NCBI GenBank assembly: GCA_964542005.1
Contig: CAZISX010000001.1
Location: 51,071 to 87,729 of the forward strand
Direction of reading: 5' to 3'
Source of the DNA: an uncultured Spirochaetales bacterium
GTDB lineage: Bacteria > UBP6 > UBA1177 > CALOFP01
Length of the DNA stretch: 36,659 nucleotides
Each line of letters starts with the position of its first letter. The stretch's first letter is position 1. The position numbers and the translations under genes are program-made. Below, piece after piece: positions 8,478 to 17,149 of this stretch. The notes below the pieces were generated by a model. That model saw only the letters and a list, made by a program, of their open reading frames with translations, was not told the origin of the DNA and made no database searches.

Positions 8478-9593
8478 TTAACCTAAAACGCTCTCAATAA
8501 ACCTGCCGTTTTCGTAGAAAAGAATTCCGTCAGCAAAGATTTTTCCGCCGTTTCTCATGTCGCAAAGCATATCCCAGTGGATTGATGAACGGTTCAGGCC
8601 GCCAGCATCAGGCATTGAGTTGCCGATTGCCATGTGAACTGTGCCGCCGATTTTTTCGTCAAAAAGCATGTTTCTGGTGAATCGTTCGATTCCGTAGTTT
8701 GTGCCGATTGCGACTTCGCCGAAATAGCTTGCCCCTTCATCTGTTGAAAGGAGTGCTCTGAGTAAATCCTCCCCTTTTTTTGCGGTTGCTTCAACAACTT
8801 TGCCCTCTTTTATAACAAGCTTTATTCCTTCAATTTCCTTTCCTGCGTAAATGCCTGGAAAGCTGAATGATATTATGCCGTTAATCTTTGTTTCTTCCGG
8901 CGATGTGAAGACTTCGCCGTCAGGAAAATTGACTCTGCCGTCACAGTTTATCCATTTTCTGCCATTGATTCCGACTTTAATGTCTGTCTCTTCTGAAATA
9001 ATGTGAAGCTCTTTTTTGGTATCAAGCCATTTTGCCCATTTTTCCTGTTCTGCGCTGACTCTTTTCCATTCTTCTGCCGGATTTTCCTTGTCAAGAAGTC
9101 CTGCACCGTAAACAAAATCCTCATAATCAGAAAGGCTCATTGATGCTTCCTGAGCGTCAGAATAGGTCGGAAACTGGGTTCCGCACCATCTGAGCGAGCC
9201 ATTTCCGCATCTTTCTGAATAAATTTTGCGCCATGCACTCTGGCCGATTGCGTTAAGCTTGATTTTCTCTGAATCAATCGCGGAATTTACCTTTGTATTT
9301 CTGTTTGCCCACGCTGTCAGCCATACATCAGCTTTTACAAGCATTGTTTCAAGAATTGTGTTACCTTTCTGGAGCTGTTCTGTTGTGCAGTATTTGAGTT
9401 TTGCTTCGGCAACTTCCTGGGAAGTGAGCATTGTTTCAACATGCGCGCCAGCTTTTACCGCAGCTTTTGCAACTTCAACAGCCCAAGGTTCTGCAACTGC
9501 ATCACACATAATAAAAACTGTTTCGCCAGGCTGAACCTTTGTTGAATAATTTACAAGAAGATTTGCCAGTTTTTCGAGTCTTTGATCTTTCAT
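8478..9593 (-). CDS. M29-family aminopeptidase (AmpS/PepS-like)
   Basis: 'MKDQRLEKLANLLVNYSTKVQPGE', 'HWDMLCDM' and the 371-aa length are typical of thermophilic-metalloprotease (M29) aminopeptidases. Confidence 0.9.
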   Translation of the reverse strand: MKDQRLEKLANLLVNYSTKVQPGETVFIMCDAVAEPWAVEVAKAAVKAGAHVETMLTSQEVAEAKLKYCTTEQLQKGNTILETMLVKADVWLTAWANRNTKVNSAIDSEKIKLNAIGQSAWRKIYSERCGNGSLRWCGTQFPTYSDAQEASMSLSDYEDFVYGAGLLDKENPAEEWKRVSAEQEKWAKWLDTKKELHIISEETDIKVGINGRKWINCDGRVNFPDGEVFTSPEETKINGIISFSFPGIYAGKEIEGIKLVIKEGKVVEATAKKGEDLLRALLSTDEGASYFGEVAIGTNYGIERFTRNMLFDEKIGGTVHMAIGNSMPDAGGLNRSSIHWDMLCDMRNGGKIFADGILFYENGRFIESVLG

Positions 9594-9756
9594 TTTGTTC
9601 TCCTAAAGAATTAATTTGCGATTGAATCATAATAAATAGAATTATCAAGGTCAATTTTTTGTAGAAGTTTAAGGGAGTTTGATGTTTTGTATATTTTTCT
9701 TGCCTGCAGACGATTAATTGTTAACATCAGCGGAGTCTTTATTTTTAGGATTTAAA

Positions 9757-10551
9757 ATGGTTGAAAAATTAAAAAGCATAATAATCTGGCTTACAATTGA
9801 ACAATGGGAACAAATAGACCGCGACTATAAAAAGGAAAATTCCTTCAACATGAAGGTTTTTATTGTTTTTATTATTGCCGCAATAAACCTGATTGTTGCA
9901 AATTACTACGGAAAAGTAGATTTTATCTGTTCGTTTGATAGCGTAAACAAATTTTTCAGCTCTTTACCGTATCCGAATCTTTGGGGATATTTTTACTGGG
10001 CGATTTTTAATGTTATTAATTTTTTTCTTTTCCCATATCTGGTTATCAAGTTTATTTACAAGGAAAATGTCAGAGATTATGGTTTTCACATGCCCGAAAG
10101 CCACAAAATTCATCTTCTTTATGTTGTGATGTTTTTTGTTGTTCTGCCTCTGGTTTACCTTGTTTCGTTTTCTAAACCATTTCTTGATATGTATCCGTTT
10201 TATAAAGAGATTTCTTCAATCCGCGAGATTTTAATCTGGGAAGGTGCTTATGGACTTCAGTTTTTAATGCTTGAGTTTTTTTTCAGAGGTTTTCTTCTTT
10301 TTGCACTTGCCAGATATATGGGTTCTTATGCAATATTTTTCATGACAATTCCCTATGTTATGATTCATTTCAACAAACCGGCAATCGAAACTTTTGGCGC
10401 AATTATTACAGGTGCAGCATTAGGCACCCTTGCTCTACGGACAAAATCAATATATGGCGGTGTAATTATTCATGTTTCTATTGCCTGGAGCATGGATTTT
10501 TTTGCACTTATGCAGAAAGGACAACTCATGAAAATATTCAAAAACTGGTAA
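9757..10551 (+). CDS. CPBP (CAAX protease/Abi-like) family membrane protein, divergent motifs
   Basis: I prefer ATG 9757, with AGGA 6-7 nt upstream, over the track's TTG 9718. The protein is multi-TM. Motif 1 reads 'LEFFFRGF' where the family has EExxxR. Motif 2 'YVMIH' is intact. Motif 3 reads 'HVSIA' where the family has HxxxN. Confidence 0.75.
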   Translation: MVEKLKSIIIWLTIEQWEQIDRDYKKENSFNMKVFIVFIIAAINLIVANYYGKVDFICSFDSVNKFFSSLPYPNLWGYFYWAIFNVINFFLFPYLVIKFIYKENVRDYGFHMPESHKIHLLYVVMFFVVLPLVYLVSFSKPFLDMYPFYKEISSIREILIWEGAYGLQFLMLEFFFRGFLLFALARYMGSYAIFFMTIPYVMIHFNKPAIETFGAIITGAALGTLALRTKSIYGGVIIHVSIAWSMDFFALMQKGQLMKIFKNW

Positions 10552-10554
10552 AAA

Positions 10555-12429
10555 TCAGAATATTAACGATACTCTAGCACCTCTTGATTCCTGCTTATTC
10601 TCTATTTTTATTGTTCCGCCGTGAGCATCCATAATAAGTCTGGCTCCTGCAAGTGAAAGCCCAAGCCCTTCGTGATGATGAGCAATATCTTGAGATGAAA
10701 AAAGCTCAAATATTGAGTGGAGAAGATTTTGCGAAAAGCCCTCGCCATTATCTTCGATTGTAATTATGTAATTTCTCTCATCTTTTTTCCCTTTTATTGA
10801 GATTTCAGCTCCTTTCGGGCTGTGCTTTATCGCATTATCAATTATATCTTCGACAACTTTTTCAATAAGCGGAGCATCAATTTTAAGAAGAGATTCCTCA
10901 ACCTCTCTTAAAACTGTAATTGATTTTGCTGTTATTTTATCTATCACTTTATCAACGCTTTCTTTAATTATATCGTGAATCGGATTTGGGAGGAACTCCA
11001 TATCAAAAGCATTGGTTTTCATCTGGGTTATAAGAAGCGCTGTCTCTGAAAAATGGCGGAGTTTTTCAGCAGAAGTCTTAATAATATCAATACTTTCTCT
11101 GTATTCGTCAGAAGCAGATTCATCTTCTATCATAGAAGTCATTCCAATTATTCCATTAAGCGGCGTTCGCAGTTCGTGAGAAATAAGATGAAGAAAATCT
11201 GTTTTAGTTTTGTCTATTTTTGCAAGTCGTTCATTTGTATGGATAAGATTTGCGGAAAGTTCTTCTATTCTTGCGTAAGCTTTTGAAATCTTTATAGAAA
11301 TAACTGCAGCTTGAGTTGCGACAAAGACAACAAGTCCGTAGGAAGCAATCTGCCCGCTCCGTATAAAACCGTGAGAATTAAGTATGTCATTGATAACACA
11401 AAGAAAAAATATCACAATTCCTGCCAGAGAAAGGATTGCAGCATCCCTTCTTTTCCTGATTGCAAAAACATATTCAGAACAAAAATAGATTATAGATAAA
11501 AAAGCAAAAACATGATAATAACCAAGAAGTTTAAACGCAATATCGCCAGGAAGAAAGATTGCGGAAATTATATAAGCAAAAGAAACGCCGTAACATATAT
11601 TATTGATTTTATTGTTTGTTTCATGGGGAAACAAACTCGCAACATAGGCCGCTGTTGTTATTGTTGCCAACGCTACAATAGAAAGAGAGATAGGCATAAT
11701 TGTGGAATAAGAGATATTAAAAAATTTGAAAATTAAAGCTTCTCCAAAAAAAAGAGTTCTAACAGAAAAGATAAAACAAAAAACACTAAAAATAAAAGAG
11801 GTTTTGTCTTTTTTTCTGAAAACAAAAAGAATTATCTGATAAATAGCGATTATAAGAAGCGAGCCAGCAACAAAAATATCAAAAACAACTCCTTTTTCCC
11901 GCAATTTTGAAATTTTATCAGTTGAACCAATCACAATATCCTGACTGTTGATTCCCCATTCACTTTCAAGCGCACCTTCGTGAATAACAATATAAAACGC
12001 CTCTATTTCCGGGGTAAAAAAAACTGTGTTTCTGTTGGTTTTTGTTGATAAATCTTTCCCAACTTCACCAAAAGATGCAATCTCTTTTGTGTTGATAAAT
12101 AATCTGTAGCCACCAAAAAACGGAGGAAGTTTAAGCCCTACTCCATTTTCTTTGCCTGAAATATTCACCTTCAGCGCAAGAGTTCCAATTGAATCTATCA
12201 TGTCAAACTGAGAATCAAGAAAACTCTTAAATTCTATTCGCCCCCTGTTGCCTGATTCTATATCTGAAATTATTTTATCAGGAGAAACAAAATCGCCTTT
12301 GACAAAAGCCCATTTTGTCTTGATATCAAAAAGAGAGTTTTTTGATAAATCTACATTTATTTCAGGGATATCCTGTGCGAAAGAAAGCAGAGAAAAGAAA
12401 AAAAGCAGAAACAAAACTGCATATTTCAT
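10555..12429 (-). CDS. sensor histidine kinase with 7TMR-DISM-type extracellular and 7-TM input
   Basis: ATG 12429 lies 7 nt after GGAGGA; the track's GTG 12435 abuts the RBS. The protein has a signal peptide, a ~170-aa extracytoplasmic domain and about seven TM helices. It also has the H-box 'FLHLISHELRTPLNGIIG', the N-box 'DNAIKHSPKG', and 'IEDNGEGF' and 'GLGLSLA'. No cognate response regulator is adjacent. Confidence 0.85.
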   Translation of the reverse strand: MKYAVLFLLFFFSLLSFAQDIPEINVDLSKNSLFDIKTKWAFVKGDFVSPDKIISDIESGNRGRIEFKSFLDSQFDMIDSIGTLALKVNISGKENGVGLKLPPFFGGYRLFINTKEIASFGEVGKDLSTKTNRNTVFFTPEIEAFYIVIHEGALESEWGINSQDIVIGSTDKISKLREKGVVFDIFVAGSLLIIAIYQIILFVFRKKDKTSFIFSVFCFIFSVRTLFFGEALIFKFFNISYSTIMPISLSIVALATITTAAYVASLFPHETNNKINNICYGVSFAYIISAIFLPGDIAFKLLGYYHVFAFLSIIYFCSEYVFAIRKRRDAAILSLAGIVIFFLCVINDILNSHGFIRSGQIASYGLVVFVATQAAVISIKISKAYARIEELSANLIHTNERLAKIDKTKTDFLHLISHELRTPLNGIIGMTSMIEDESASDEYRESIDIIKTSAEKLRHFSETALLITQMKTNAFDMEFLPNPIHDIIKESVDKVIDKITAKSITVLREVEESLLKIDAPLIEKVVEDIIDNAIKHSPKGAEISIKGKKDERNYIITIEDNGEGFSQNLLHSIFELFSSQDIAHHHEGLGLSLAGARLIMDAHGGTIKIENKQESRGARVSLIF

Positions 12430-12600
12430 AAACACTTCCTCCCAACAATTTCGTATATTTATATATCGAAATCTAGTGTAAGTTGCGGTTGCTGCCTTTC
12501 TTGACAGTTCACATCATTTATTCCAGCACAAACACTGTTGGTTGAATTTATAACCTATTTCCGTGTCAAAGTGAAGTTTCTCTAAAGAAAGGTACAGATA

Positions 12601-13140
12601 TTATCCTTTTACGCTGAACGGCTTATAAGGCTTGTCTTTGTCGTTGGAAACATTTTTGAAAAGAGGTCGAACATTATTCTGAGGTGCTTTAGCTTCTTCT
12701 TTTGCTTCCGGCTGAGGAGGTGTTTTTTCCGGTTTTTCAGGAACAGCAACAGACTCTCCCGATTTTTGTTTGTGGGAAATTTCGTGCCATGCTTCTTTTA
12801 AACTCATAAAGATTTCAAGTGCTTCTTTAACCATTTTCGTGTCTTTTCTGATATTTGCATTTATAAGCCTATCCTGAATAAAACCGTAAAGATTAAAAAG
12901 ATTTCTTGAAATTTCACCGCCATTTTCCATATCAAGCATGTGTCCAAGCTCTGTAACAATTGCCTGAGCTTTTGTTATGTTGTAGTGAGTTTTTTCGTGG
13001 TTTTTCTCTTCAATGCAGAGTATAGCCCGATTCATAAATTTTATTCCGGCATCATACATCATAACAACAATTTCAATATTTGACTTTCCTTCTATCTCTC
13101 TTTTAAGATATTCGGTTTCAAAATCTCTTCCTTGAGCCAT
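12601..13140 (-). CDS. fliS: flagellar export chaperone FliS with P/K/E-rich C-terminal extension
   Basis: ATG 13140 lies 5 nt after GGAGG; the track's TTG 13152 overlaps the RBS. 'IVVMMYDAGIKFMNRAI', 'AQAIVTELGHMLDMENGGEISRNLFNLYGFI' and 'LKEAWHEI' are typical FliS. About 55 extra C-terminal residues follow. Confidence 0.85.
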   Translation of the reverse strand: MAQGRDFETEYLKREIEGKSNIEIVVMMYDAGIKFMNRAILCIEEKNHEKTHYNITKAQAIVTELGHMLDMENGGEISRNLFNLYGFIQDRLINANIRKDTKMVKEALEIFMSLKEAWHEISHKQKSGESVAVPEKPEKTPPQPEAKEEAKAPQNNVRPLFKNVSNDKDKPYKPFSVKG

Positions 13141-13155
13141 CTTAGCCTCCAATTA

Positions 13156-16100
13156 CTATTCGGTGGAAATTCCTAATTTCTGGGCAACCTGATTGCTTTG
13201 CTCCTGAAGTCTAGCAAGATTCTGCTCCATTGCATTGTACTTGTTTCGGAGGGTTTCCTCCCTTTTTGTCATTCGCTCTTCATATTGCTGATATTGTTCA
13301 TACATTGTTCTTAGTCGTTTGTCAATATAGCCATTGACTTTTGTCTGCTCTTTCAAAAAACCACCAGTTAGAATATAATCATTTACCTTGCCTTCAATTC
13401 TTCTTGCAAGTCCCTGTTCGCCTGCTACCTCAGAGCTTTTGCCAAAAAAAGTAAATATTTTGTCCTCATCTTTTTTAAGCACATCCATAAATTTGTAGTT
13501 TCGTTTTAGTTCTTCAACAATCTCTGCCTTGTACTCTTCTTCTGTCTGCTTTTCCGGATCGAACTGCTTAATAAGATAACCTTTTTTAGAATCCTCAAAA
13601 CCGCCAACAGAACCTGCCGTTATATTCAAATTAACAAGAATATCGTAGTCAGGATCTGCATTAAGCTGAGGCTTATTAGGCTCGCTTCTTAAAAAATCAT
13701 ACATATTTCTAATAGAGCTTTCTTCTCTTAATATCTTATAACTACTAAACTTTTTAAACTTAGACTGATAATCCTCAACCTCGGTTGCTGTTTTCATAGA
13801 ATCAAGTTTTTCCTGAGTAAGCGGCGTCAGATATTTTCTATCCTCCGTTGAAATTGTTGGCGGATTCAATATATCCAGCAGTTTGTTGTATTCAAGAATA
13901 AAATCAGCAATTGCATTTACAGCATCATCAGTTTTGTTATCAATCGTGATTGTAACCGCGGTACTTGAAGTTGACATCAGATTGAGCTCAACGCCGCCAA
14001 TTACATCATCAACCTTGTTACTTGTTCTTGTGTAAAAGACACCATCAACAGTAAATTCCGCATCATTTCCAAGATTTCCTGTACCTTTCTTAAGGCTTGA
14101 TTTTACTGCAAGTTCTCCAAAATAATCTCTGATTGTATTTGATGCCTGAGAAGCCTCATCAGTCATTATAAAAAGAGACTGAGTTCCTTCTGTTGTTGAA
14201 TTAACTGTGATTCCACCTTGACCGTCTGTTGTGACAAGCGCATTAGCCTTAACAGTTGTATTATTCATCATATATAAAGCAAAATTGAGAGCATTATATT
14301 CTGCGGTTGCGGTTGCGCCTGCCCCATTTGTGACCTGCGTTCCTGAAACAAAACCTAATTCAGCTGCATCCCCAGGCGTTACTTCAGTTATTGTAAAATC
14401 GCTATTAGCTCCTTGAGTACGATTAACAAAACGGATCTGATTTGTCCCTTCTTTAATTGCTGCAACCTGAATAGTACCGCTTGACCAGTTTGCATTTGTG
14501 TTCCATGCAGAAATAAAAGAATCAATATTTGTAATTGCGCTTCCTGAATTATTCGTCCAGGTATAACTATTTGTAATTCCATCAGTATTTACTGTAAATT
14601 GTGCTCCGGCAGCAATGCCGTCATTCCAGCTTAGTGCTAAAGGAGTTGAATTGTAGGCACCGCTTCCGATTGTTGCTGGAATTGTGATAGTTGCCTCCGA
14701 ACCAGTTCCCTTACTGAAGACAACAGTGTCTGAGCTGCGGTTTCCCGAAAGTGCCTGTCCCGTAATTGAACTTTCATTGTATGCGAGATTTAAGACCTGA
14801 AGCAGATTACTCGAATCATAAGTTCCGCCAAGCTCAATTTTTTCAAGATTTGTATCAACAGAATTTGGGTCAGCCTTCAAAACAAACTTATCGGAATTTG
14901 TATCATAATTGGCAATAACACCTGCGTTACTTGTATTAATTCTCTTTATCAGGTCATTGAGCGTATCTTTTGTAACATCAACATAAAGAGAAACCCCGTT
15001 TATTGAAAAAGTTCCGCTTGTCGGCGACTCGGAAAATCCGCCATCTTTTATAAAACTGTCAGGATCAATAGTTGCAGCGGCAGTTCCTGGATTCAAAGTT
15101 CCGCCATTAGCAATAGAAATCTTTGATAATGCTAGAAAATTAGTTGTATCGCCAGCATCTCCAAGCGTTATTGTTGTGTTGTAATAATTTTCATTCGCAG
15201 CAAGAATAAATCGGTCATTTGTTGAGTCATAACTTGCCGTAACCCCGGCACCAGAAGTATTTATGATTGACAAAACATCATTGACAGTTGCAGTTGTCAT
15301 GTCTCCAATCTTTACTTTGACTCCGTTAATTGTAAAAAAACCGCTCTTATCAGAAGCATATTCAAGTGAGCCGTTATTAAAACCAACACTCTCAAGTGTC
15401 TGATTTAAATCAATATTTGTATCAGCAACATCGCTGCCGCCCGTTATGGATGGATATATTCTGTCAAGTGTTCTAAGCTGCGAATTAACGCGCAAAGTTG
15501 AAGTTCCCACAGTCATCTGCTCGCCAGTTTTTGCGACCATAGAAACGCCTGGAAGCACGCCAGTTGTTGAATCATTCATTTTTGTTCTAAGAGTTGTAAG
15601 ACTTGCGTCAATCCACTTATCACTCATCTGGGTAACAGAGGTGAAATTTGGTGAATTTAAGCCAAGAAGTGCTTTTGCATTTCCGCTATTAAAAGTTATT
15701 CCTGTGGAAGAGTTGTCGTTGAGGTTATAAAAAGCAATTTTTTCGTTGCCTGTTCCATTAATTGCTTCGGCCTTAATCATTACGAAAGCAACATCAGTTG
15801 TCCCTTCCTGCGTATTTAGATAATCATTTATTTTCTTTTCCATATCTGCAGCAACCGACTTTAAAGAGGTCTGATTTGCAGCAGCATACTCAAGATTTAT
15901 TGAAAAAGTACGGCCATTTACCGTCATATTCAAATCAGAATTTGCACTTGTTATGGTTGAACCGATTGTTCCGTCAACTGTCGCAGATTCAATAACAGAG
16001 GTCTCGAATTTTCCCATCTGGCCGCCGCCATCTTTTTTATAAATCGCACTTGCTATATAATTTGCGCCCGCAGTTGTAACAGCAAGATCAACCTTTCCTT

Positions 16101-16515
16101 CAAAATTAGTGCTAGGTCTTCCCGCAATACTCTGTAAATTCATTGTGTTAGGAGGGCTGTTCAAAATTGTTGCTCTGGCATAGGTACTTTGAACTCTTGC
16201 AGGAACCGCCAAATTATTGACCTTGAGGGAATAGCTCCCTTTAACCGCAGTCATAGTTGCAGAACCAGTAGCAATACTTTCATCAGAAGAATTTAGTGTT
16301 TTATTTTTAAATGTTGACTCAAGTTTCAACTTTAAGGTCTTGTCCTTGAGCTTTTGCAGGTTTTTAATCTGCTCGTCAAGCACCTCTTTTTTCATATTTT
16401 GAAAATTCATCTGATCATTCAGCTTTGTCATAGGCTGTCGCTGAACCTCAAGAGACGCATTAATCAGGCCATCAATATCCATTCCTGAGATAACACCAGA
16501 AATTCTGTTTGGCAT
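13156..16515 (-). CDS. fliD: flagellar filament cap protein FliD (hook-associated protein 2), unusually long
   Basis: AGGAGG lies 5 nt upstream of ATG 16515. The N-terminus 'ISGVISGMDIDGLINASLEVQRQPMTKL' and the coiled-coil C-terminus ('AEFTVDGVFYTRTSNKVDDVIGGVELNL...', '...NKYNAMEQNLARLQEQ') match the FliD N and C domains. The 1119-aa length reflects a large S/T/N/G-rich central insertion. Confidence 0.9.
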   Translation of the reverse strand: MPNRISGVISGMDIDGLINASLEVQRQPMTKLNDQMNFQNMKKEVLDEQIKNLQKLKDKTLKLKLESTFKNKTLNSSDESIATGSATMTAVKGSYSLKVNNLAVPARVQSTYARATILNSPPNTMNLQSIAGRPSTNFEGKVDLAVTTAGANYIASAIYKKDGGGQMGKFETSVIESATVDGTIGSTITSANSDLNMTVNGRTFSINLEYAAANQTSLKSVAADMEKKINDYLNTQEGTTDVAFVMIKAEAINGTGNEKIAFYNLNDNSSTGITFNSGNAKALLGLNSPNFTSVTQMSDKWIDASLTTLRTKMNDSTTGVLPGVSMVAKTGEQMTVGTSTLRVNSQLRTLDRIYPSITGGSDVADTNIDLNQTLESVGFNNGSLEYASDKSGFFTINGVKVKIGDMTTATVNDVLSIINTSGAGVTASYDSTNDRFILAANENYYNTTITLGDAGDTTNFLALSKISIANGGTLNPGTAAATIDPDSFIKDGGFSESPTSGTFSINGVSLYVDVTKDTLNDLIKRINTSNAGVIANYDTNSDKFVLKADPNSVDTNLEKIELGGTYDSSNLLQVLNLAYNESSITGQALSGNRSSDTVVFSKGTGSEATITIPATIGSGAYNSTPLALSWNDGIAAGAQFTVNTDGITNSYTWTNNSGSAITNIDSFISAWNTNANWSSGTIQVAAIKEGTNQIRFVNRTQGANSDFTITEVTPGDAAELGFVSGTQVTNGAGATATAEYNALNFALYMMNNTTVKANALVTTDGQGGITVNSTTEGTQSLFIMTDEASQASNTIRDYFGELAVKSSLKKGTGNLGNDAEFTVDGVFYTRTSNKVDDVIGGVELNLMSTSSTAVTITIDNKTDDAVNAIADFILEYNKLLDILNPPTISTEDRKYLTPLTQEKLDSMKTATEVEDYQSKFKKFSSYKILREESSIRNMYDFLRSEPNKPQLNADPDYDILVNLNITAGSVGGFEDSKKGYLIKQFDPEKQTEEEYKAEIVEELKRNYKFMDVLKKDEDKIFTFFGKSSEVAGEQGLARRIEGKVNDYILTGGFLKEQTKVNGYIDKRLRTMYEQYQQYEERMTKREETLRNKYNAMEQNLARLQEQSNQVAQKLGISTE
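14782..15342 (-). repeat. tandem protein-level repeat inside fliD (two flagellin-hook 'IN'-type motifs)
   Basis: aa 392-468 'GFFTINGVKVKIGD..VNDVLSIINTSGAGVTASYDSTNDRFILAA' aligns with aa 501-578 'GTFSINGVSLYVDV..LNDLIKRINTSNAGVIANYDTNSDKFVLKA'. Shared residues are ING, ND, INTS-AGV-A-YD and D-F-L-A. Confidence 0.6.
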
Positions 16516-16561
16516 AATATCCTCCTAAAAAAGAGTTTATACAATTTTTCGGATTCAATTA

Positions 16562-16577
16562 TGCAATTGTCGTGCCT
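16562..16577 (-). promoter_or_regulatory. sigma54-type (-24/-12) promoter candidate upstream of fliD
   Basis: Minus strand reads AGGCAC-gacaa-TTGCA, against the consensus TGGCAC-N5-TTGCW. GG and GC have the correct 12-nt register. The element sits in the 85-bp pilZ-fliD spacer, ~47 nt upstream of the fliD ATG. Confidence 0.45.
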
Positions 16578-16600
16578 GATTTATGCCGGAAATTTGACGG

Positions 16601-16987
16601 TTAGTTTGCTTTTGAATCTGGCTGCTGGGAAGAGTTCCAGATAATATACTCTCTAAATTCTTTATCAATAAGGTCGGAATTACCATTGTTGTAGATAACA
16701 ATGTTGCGGAGGAGAATGAAAGTATCAAGTTCAATACCTTTAAACTGAACAGCAACACCTTCCGGTTCAATTCGCACAACATCTCCGGCAAGATTAAGAG
16801 ACATTTCTGAATTAACAGTGCTTAGATGGATAGTTGATTTGATTTCATCACCAATCTTAAAACCATCGGAAATATTGACAAACATGCCGTTAAGGCTGAG
16901 GTTACAAACCTCACCATGAAGATCTTTGTTTGCAGTCTTTATTTCAGCCTCGATTTTATAGCTAATTCTTGACATTCTTCTTTGCAC
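16601..16987 (-). CDS. single-domain PilZ protein (c-di-GMP receptor)
   Basis: GTG 16987 lies 4 nt after GAGGTGG. Both binding motifs are intact with normal spacing: 'RRMSR' (RxxxR, aa 3-7) and 'NLSLNG' (D/NxSxxG, aa 29-34). Confidence 0.85.
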   Translation of the reverse strand: MQRRMSRISYKIEAEIKTANKDLHGEVCNLSLNGMFVNISDGFKIGDEIKSTIHLSTVNSEMSLNLAGDVVRIEPEGVAVQFKGIELDTFILLRNIVIYNNGNSDLIDKEFREYIIWNSSQQPDSKAN

Positions 16988-17017
16988 AATACCACCTCAC
17001 AATAAAATTCTTGGTGA

Positions 17018-17045
17018 ATTATATAGCACCTGCTAGGTTTGTCAA
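17018..17045 (-). promoter_or_regulatory. near-consensus sigma70 promoter for pilZ(-fliD-fliS)
   Basis: Minus strand reads TTGACA (17045-17040), a 16-nt spacer, then TATAAT (17023-17018). It lies ~30 nt upstream of the pilZ start. Confidence 0.55.
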
Positions 17046-17149
17046 TCTATTTTTAGAATTTCTGAAAAGTTGTTTGATTTCAAAAGGAAACGATTGATAC
17101 CAAATTAGAACTCAGGCAAAACAATAAAAAAAATCGTTTTGCAATTGCA

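Noticed and set aside
16546-16552. Possible sigma28 -10 element (CCGAAAA versus GCCGATAA) upstream of fliD.
   Set aside because: No TAAA-type -35 lies at the required ~15-nt spacing; the nearest TAAA is ~27 nt away. The sigma54-like element in the same spacer fits much better.
17116-17142. Hairpin GCAAAAC-(13 nt)-GTTTTGC just downstream of the ABC-2 operon, as a possible terminator.
   Set aside because: The stem is only 7 bp and AT-rich, the loop is large, and no U-tract follows the stem on the transcript. I would not call it an intrinsic terminator. In general I could not identify convincing rho-independent terminators anywhere in this window.
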